NCBI GenBank assembly: GCA_016748015.1
Contig: JAAOMT010000502.1
Span: forward strand, 878,912 to 906,860
Direction of reading: 5' to 3'
From: Geosiphon pyriformis uo1
Taxonomy: Eukaryota > Fungi > Glomeromycota
Length of the DNA: 27,949 nt
This document shows positions 22,401 through 27,949 of this stretch, piece after piece. The position numbers were made by a program, and so were the translations under genes. The notes beneath the pieces are model-generated. The model ran no database searches and was not told the DNA's origin. It worked only from the letters and a program-made list of their open reading frames with translations. Each line of letters starts with the position of its first letter. Position 1 is the first letter of the stretch.

Positions 22401-24076
22401 TTTCTAGAGATCAGAAACATTTTCACAAAATAAACAAAAATTCAGTAAATACAATAGGTATTTTAATATTATATTATCATAATGTATCCACAGTTCATTA
22501 GAAATTCCAGACAAGCCAGCTGCTTTGTCTTTAGGCAACTCATTAACAACTTGAATCAATTCACTCATACTAATTGCATCTATTACACCAGAGAAAACAC
22601 TCTCACCAACATAATTTAGGAGTACATATTGACAAGACTACATAGTGAAAAGCACTAATTATATCTCATACTCCTTTATTTACTCTACCATAATCTCATT
22701 TACCCTATTTTTTACTTTATTAGGTTTTAAAACCAACTCATTCCCAATTACTAAATAATTCAGAACAACTTTGTGGAAAGACTGTTCCAAAATACTCCTT
22801 ATTATGCTGTCTTTATTTGAATTGAAATTGTTCATGCACTTTTCAATTGCCTTTTTTATGGTTGTATCTTCTACTGTTTTAAATTCACAATATTTGGAAT
22901 TTCTGTACCTTTTCCTAACCAAAGACAGCTGCCTCTTATTTCTACACTATCACAAATCATATCTGTAATTTTTGAAGCCTTTTCATTATTTAAACTCAAT
23001 CATTTCTTGATAAGACAATTAAATACTGACAAATTGTCTGTTATTACACTTTTTACTATTTTAAAAACTAGCATCTCTATGTTAAAAAACTTTGAAGACT
23101 TCTTATTCTTTAAGTATTCAAAATCATTAAATCATTGTTTAAAGAGATTTCTATTAGCCAAAGTGATCATTACCCCTTTCAAAATCTCTCACATATTGTC
23201 TAAATTTCCCAAATTTTTTGCAATATCAAAGCTGTCCAAGACTTCAAACAAATTAGTAAAAACACTATTTTGAAAATGAGACCAATTAGCATTATTCAGA
23301 TTTTTAACTCTAAATTTCCAACAGTTTTTGTTAACTTGCTTACAAATTATAAACAAACATTTATCCAATAAACCACCAAGACCAAGATCAATCATAACAG
23401 TATTATGATTAGTATCAAAAAATCCAGTCACACTTCCAATATCCTAAGCCATTATAGAAGAGAAAAAATGTTCATTAACAAAAATATAGTTGATGGTTTT
23501 TTCCACACTTTGGGAATTGGACTACATTAATAGCTTGAAAACCACACCACTAAAAAAAGAGTTACATAAACCCAGATCAAAACATTTCCTAAAACTGGCA
23601 CTGTATCTTAACTTATTTTCATTGAAATTACCATCCAATACAACATAAAAGCTCAAATTGATTGCTTGGACAACAAAAAAGTTTATTGTGTTGGCCTGAC
23701 TAAATTGCATACCAGTTGAAGCATCAGCATACAAACCAATCAATATTACCAAAATCTTATTGCCAAATAGTAAATAAACTAAAATAAGACAATCTGGAAT
23801 TTCAGAGATATTGCAGACATATCAAGCCAAAGAATTATTTAACACAATAGTCACTTTAGCACTCATATATTCAGCATTCAACCCAGAAACAAAAACTTTT
23901 ATATCCTAAAACCTATTCTTAATCCAAAGTTGAGCCTGACATTTTAGCTTAGTCTCAATAAGAAAAAAAACCCAATTGTTAGACTCAATATGTCACCTTA
24001 TTATATCTTTTTGCTTAGCTAAATTGTTCATCTTTTGAATATTACATATAGCAATTCTTCAGATAAAGTCATTTAT
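19409..24076 (-). pseudogene. ORF2p relic of element E (APE-RT-RNase H-CCHC)
   Basis: Starts ATA AAT GAC TTT ATC TGA AGA ATT GCT, equivalent to MNDFIWRIA (B has MTHLIWKIA). Ends ...KVLISA* at 19409. Confidence 0.9.
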
Positions 24077-25075
24077 TGAGAGAAAACTGATGTTAATAAA
24101 ACTGAACTGATATATAACAGATTTAACTTTACCAAAACCAAATTTACAGAAGTCTCAAGAGCTAACAACTTTAATTTCAGACTGTTTACTTTAGAGGTTA
24201 GAATTTTTGATCTACTTGAATCCAATACTAAAATAGCTTCATTTAGAACTGAAAAAGAAGTTATAAGAAAAACTTGCAGGACATCCAGAACCATATTCAA
24301 ATCTGAGTCCAAACTCAAAAGTGCAATCATAATAGGAGAGAGAAGATGAAGAATGGAGGCTTGAGATACCAGGACAAACATGCTTAATTTTTTTACAATA
24401 CCTGTTACTTGGTTAGCCAAAAGCTCCAAAGAATGTTTCAAGAAAGCCAGACAATTACTGATTGGAGAACTATTTTGAAAGACCAGATTGTTCACTCTAC
24501 CATATGAAGCACTAAAGAAGAAAGCACCAGAATCAAACTAAGAACTTTCAGAAAGAGCAGAAACAATTAAGACTATCTGTGTCTAGGATTTACTACCAAA
24601 AGCAACAGAACAAGAGATTAGCACACTTTTTTTACATATAACTTGGCAAGTTGGAGACAATTTACTTCTGAAATAAATCTTTTATAAGATTTTGTGAAAG
24701 ACATGACTAATACATCTGATGCATCATACTTCAAGGCAGAATGATCAAAGTGCTCATACTTTCTGCAATAAACCAAATCAAATCTAGCCCAAGAAAATTT
24801 AATTTCACTAAGGATTAGTTCCATATGAAAAGCAAAGTCAAGTTCCTTCTTAAATTTAAAATCAACCATAATGCAGCAGATCTTATTATTAGATTCAAGT
24901 AAATGATTGATAATACAAGTTTTTTTATCAGTCTTTTCTAACAAAGTACCCAAATTATAAGCCATTGTTTTCACAGACAGAATAAACAAAAATGTTCTGA
25001 ATTGATTTCTTAATGCCCAGATATTATGATCTCTTATGGCTTTGACTATTTGTATAGAGTTCTTCTTAATTAAAA
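24073..25075 (-). pseudogene. C-terminal part of the ORF1p relic of element E
   Basis: KTCIINH..., decayed knuckle CRKYEHFDHSALKY, and SKILTSKVNSLKLKLLALETSV, all homologous to the B ORF1 C-terminus. Confidence 0.85.
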
Positions 25076-26498
25076 AAATGTGACATAATCTTATTTAGCT
25101 ATTTTTATTAAAGTTTATAAAAGATTTATTATTGTTGATAATTTAATTATGTTAAGTAATGATTATTATTTTGTTTATAATATTTATTAAACTGTTTGTT
25201 ATACTTAATAAAAAGCAGATTTTGGTATAAAAATTGTAAATAACTTACTTATTTAAGATATAGATTAAGTTTGTATTGCTTTAATTTGGCATCTGAATTT
25301 TTATATGTTTTCTGAATTTGCTAGCAGATTTTTAACTGTTTTTTGTACATATTTAATAAAAACAGTTCATAAAAAATTACCAGTTATAATTAAAAAAAAA
25401 TTTTATAATAAGAATTACTTAAGTATTTTGTGCTTAATATGTAATAATATTAAACTGCTTAATCATGTTTTTATTTATTTGAAGAATACTTTTGTATAAT
25501 TTGAGATTTTGTTTGGTCATATTAAGCTGTAAAAATTTTTAATAAGAGGTTATTTTCTAGTATTTTTTTTAATATTATATAAAAATATTTGAAAATCTTA
25601 AATATTAATATTTATGTAATCTTGTACAAAAATTTTGTTTTTAAAAATTAAATAGATAAAACAATATTGATTTTTAATAATAATAAAAAGACTATATTAG
25701 TGGTAATTAATTTTGTTTATGGTTTAACCAAAAAACATTACAGTAAGTTATAAATATTTAAGTTTAAATTTAAAATAAATATAAAAAAATAGTCTGGTAA
25801 GTGATAAAAAAGTATTGTCTAATGTTTCTTATAGTCTGCTTAATTTTCTATTGGCTAAAATAATTTATTTGTTTAGTATTATTGAATTATTTGCCATTAA
25901 TTTTGGGTTGTATAGAGCTTATTTGTTTTTTTTAAGTATAAACAATAATATAAAGATTTGTATAAGTATATAATATTGTTTTAATTGACCCAACTAGTTA
26001 CATATAGTAAGTACATAAGCCATATTTAATTAAGATTATTTAATTTATTTCTTTGTATTAGATAGTGGTTGGGCTGCATTCATTAAATAAAATACATAGT
26101 TGATTTAAATTAATAAATATATGTAAAAAGTATTTATTAATATTAAGTTTATGTACAAAATTGGTTTTAATAAATAATAATTGAATTATACTTAATAAAA
26201 AAACCATTGTTTAATTTTGTTAAGTTGATATGTTACAAATATTATTACATTTTATAAGAAAAAAGTCAATTTGATTTTTTTTAAAAGCATTTTCTTAATT
26301 ACATTAACACAAATGTAATATTGTTATTGTCTTTTTAATGTGTTCTTTTATAAATGTATAAAGCAAAAAAAAACCCTGGGATTGGTTAATTTGTGACATG
26401 AACCACATTATATAATATATTGACATATCTTTTTTAGGTGTAAATAAGTGCCAAAATTTTATACAATTCCGCTTTTTCTCAACTATAGCCTATTAGTG

Positions 26499-27949
26499 AT
26501 GGAAAACAACTCTACGGCCACAGACTTGGTGAACAAAAATATACTCACCCAGCAGGAAGCTTCTTCAAGAGAAGCAAACATGAATTCAACCAATAGTCCT
26601 GGTGAGCGACGCCATGTCACTACAAATAAAAAAAGATTTCTGCCGCCTCGCAAATTTGGTCCACTGGCGGAGGCCTTGGACATAACAACTGAAGAAACCA
26701 GTAAGGTCTTTTTTTACTTGAATTTCATTACCCTTCAACTTGAGAAGTTTTCTGTTACATTTTCAACCTTTTACTTCAAAGATGCAGCTACTAGGACCTT
26801 GTTTTCAGGCGTAGATATCGTCCTGATCAGCCCTGAAGAACAAGAACTCCACGATTGCGAGTTAATTGAAGAGGATAAAACTAGTGAGGAAGAGGGGGAG
26901 GGAGAGGCAAAGAGTTTTGAGAACGAAAATCAGATACAAAATAAAGAACCACTGAATGCATCCTTCGCGCTTTTCACTGAAGACCTGGAAAGTGGGTTGC
27001 GTAGTAAGTCACAAGAGGTAATATTTTAAATTATCATTTTTATACACGGCTTGGCGGCTGATCAATCACTCTATATAAAGAAAATAAGTTTCAGGTATGA
27101 ATTCATATTACTGTATCAAAAATACATAGGAGGAGATATTTTCAGCCAAATACGAGAAGCAGCATCGCAAACATGAGCTTGCAGAAAAGAAGCTCAAAAA
27201 TCGTGAACTTGAACGACTAACTTACGAGAGATATCAACAAAAACTTGCTGTTGAAAAGCTTCGTAATATGGAAATGAATCGATTAATACCAGTTGCAGCT
27301 TTACGAAGTGATAAAGAGTCTTCCTCCATCAATGCAAATGGACTAGAATTAATGCATAAGAAGCTACTTAGAGAGGCGGAAGACACTCTTAAGAGATATG
27401 ATGAATTAGGTCTGGGATTAGGAAAGAAGAGAAAGGCAGAAATGACAACAACCAGTGGCGAAACTAGCGAAAGCGATAATAGAAAATATGGGGTGGATAC
27501 GAAGAAGCCACGTAGGAAACGTGGGGACAGCGTTTCAAGTTCAGAAAACGCAAATTCTGTAATTTCGTCCCATGATTCTGCTGGATTTTCTGCATATTCA
27601 AATAGCGATAATCAGGAAAAACCAGTCATTTCCGTTACTCCTTTTGCTGCAAAGCATAACGAAGATTATTATACAGATAATAAGGCTACAGAGGGATCTT
27701 TAAAACGCAAGATGAAAGTCAAAATCAGCTCAAAGGGAGCCAAGAAGGAAGATCCTAATAGAGCCATTGAATTTTCTAATAAAAACCAAAGATTATACAA
27801 GGATAATTCGACAACGATTAATGATTCCCTCAATAATACTCCTAACAATTTCTATGGGAGACATTCAGGGATTAAAACCTTTATTCGACTGAACATTTCA
27901 AGACCTACCGGATATCGAAAAAGCTCTCGCTCCGCATTGGTATTTGGGG
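26499..27949 (+). CDS. Host gene, 3'-incomplete. Probable Sas4-domain (something-about-silencing 4-like) nuclear protein. Predicted exons 26499-26700, 26782-27017, 27130->27949
   Basis: Normal GC and CpG content. GT-AG introns 26701-26781 (81 nt) and 27018-27129 (112 nt) have compatible phases. Exon 3 is open to the window end. YEKQHRKHELAEKKLKNRELERLTYERYQQK and RKSSRSALVFG resemble Sas4-family motifs, recognised from memory rather than by search. Confidence 0.6.

Larger units (their letters stand above)
19272..25078 (-). mobile_element. Element E: 5'-truncated LINE (partial ORF1, full ORF2 relic, 3' UTR, (TAA)n/A tail) inserted into D
   Basis: Minus-strand ORF fragments carry APE (VLDGNFNE, DTNH), RT (MQKAYN, AFVDD), RNase H (WVKIKEHLGVLGND) and CLSCGNIKLPNHVFTC. 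TSD TATGACATAAT at 19261-19271 / TGTGACATAAT at 25079-25089. Confidence 0.9.
15800..26095 (+). mobile_element. Element D: highly decayed LINE ORF2 and 3' UTR in three pieces (~15800-16154, 17129-19271, 25079-26095)
   Basis: Collinear with B from the EN-RT linker through RT, RNase H (VYTNS at ~18890) and the CCHC finger (CLICNNIKLLNHVF) to the 3' UTR at ~25970-26095. The sequence rejoins across both nested insertions. Confidence 0.85.

Noticed and set aside
27091-27100. TCAG|GTATGA recursive-splice or alternative acceptor site in intron 2
   Set aside because: The remaining segment would be only 35 nt, and using it as an acceptor gives an immediate stop. It cannot be supported without RNA data.

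Overview
This is an AT-rich eukaryotic window, most likely fungal. The repeat-derived proteins resemble Glomeromycotina (Geosiphon-like) ones, but that assignment is from recall and is unverified. About 26 kb is a nested retroelement graveyard, and the last ~1.5 kb is the 5' part of an intron-containing host gene that is probably Sas4-like. The contents are: (i) a full-length but dead non-LTR retrotransposon, 'B' (5294-12138). Its ORF1 has RRM-like, CCHC and coiled-coil parts, its ORF2 is APE-RT-RNase H-CCHC, and it has a 12-bp TSD. (ii) Older relatives C, D and E plus fragments, with E inserted antisense into D's RNase H region. (iii) Two copies of one solo LTR and an internally deleted second LTR element, all inserted into LINE-type sequence, two of them with 4-bp TSDs. 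(iv) A second poly(A)-tailed repeat family. (v) The most interesting item: element 'A' (~700-3750), which encodes only a distinct ORF1-like protein joined at its stop codon to the same 3' UTR used by the autonomous LINEs, so it is a candidate HAL1/HeT-A-style non-autonomous partner. Comparing five 3' UTRs reconstructs a conserved stem-loop, TCACGCGT-GGWAA-RCGCGTGA. All repeats are heavily degraded by C>T/G>A transitions, while the host gene keeps its CpGs. There is no evidence for CRISPR arrays, rRNA or tRNA genes. Boundaries of the degraded copies are approximate and were aligned by eye.
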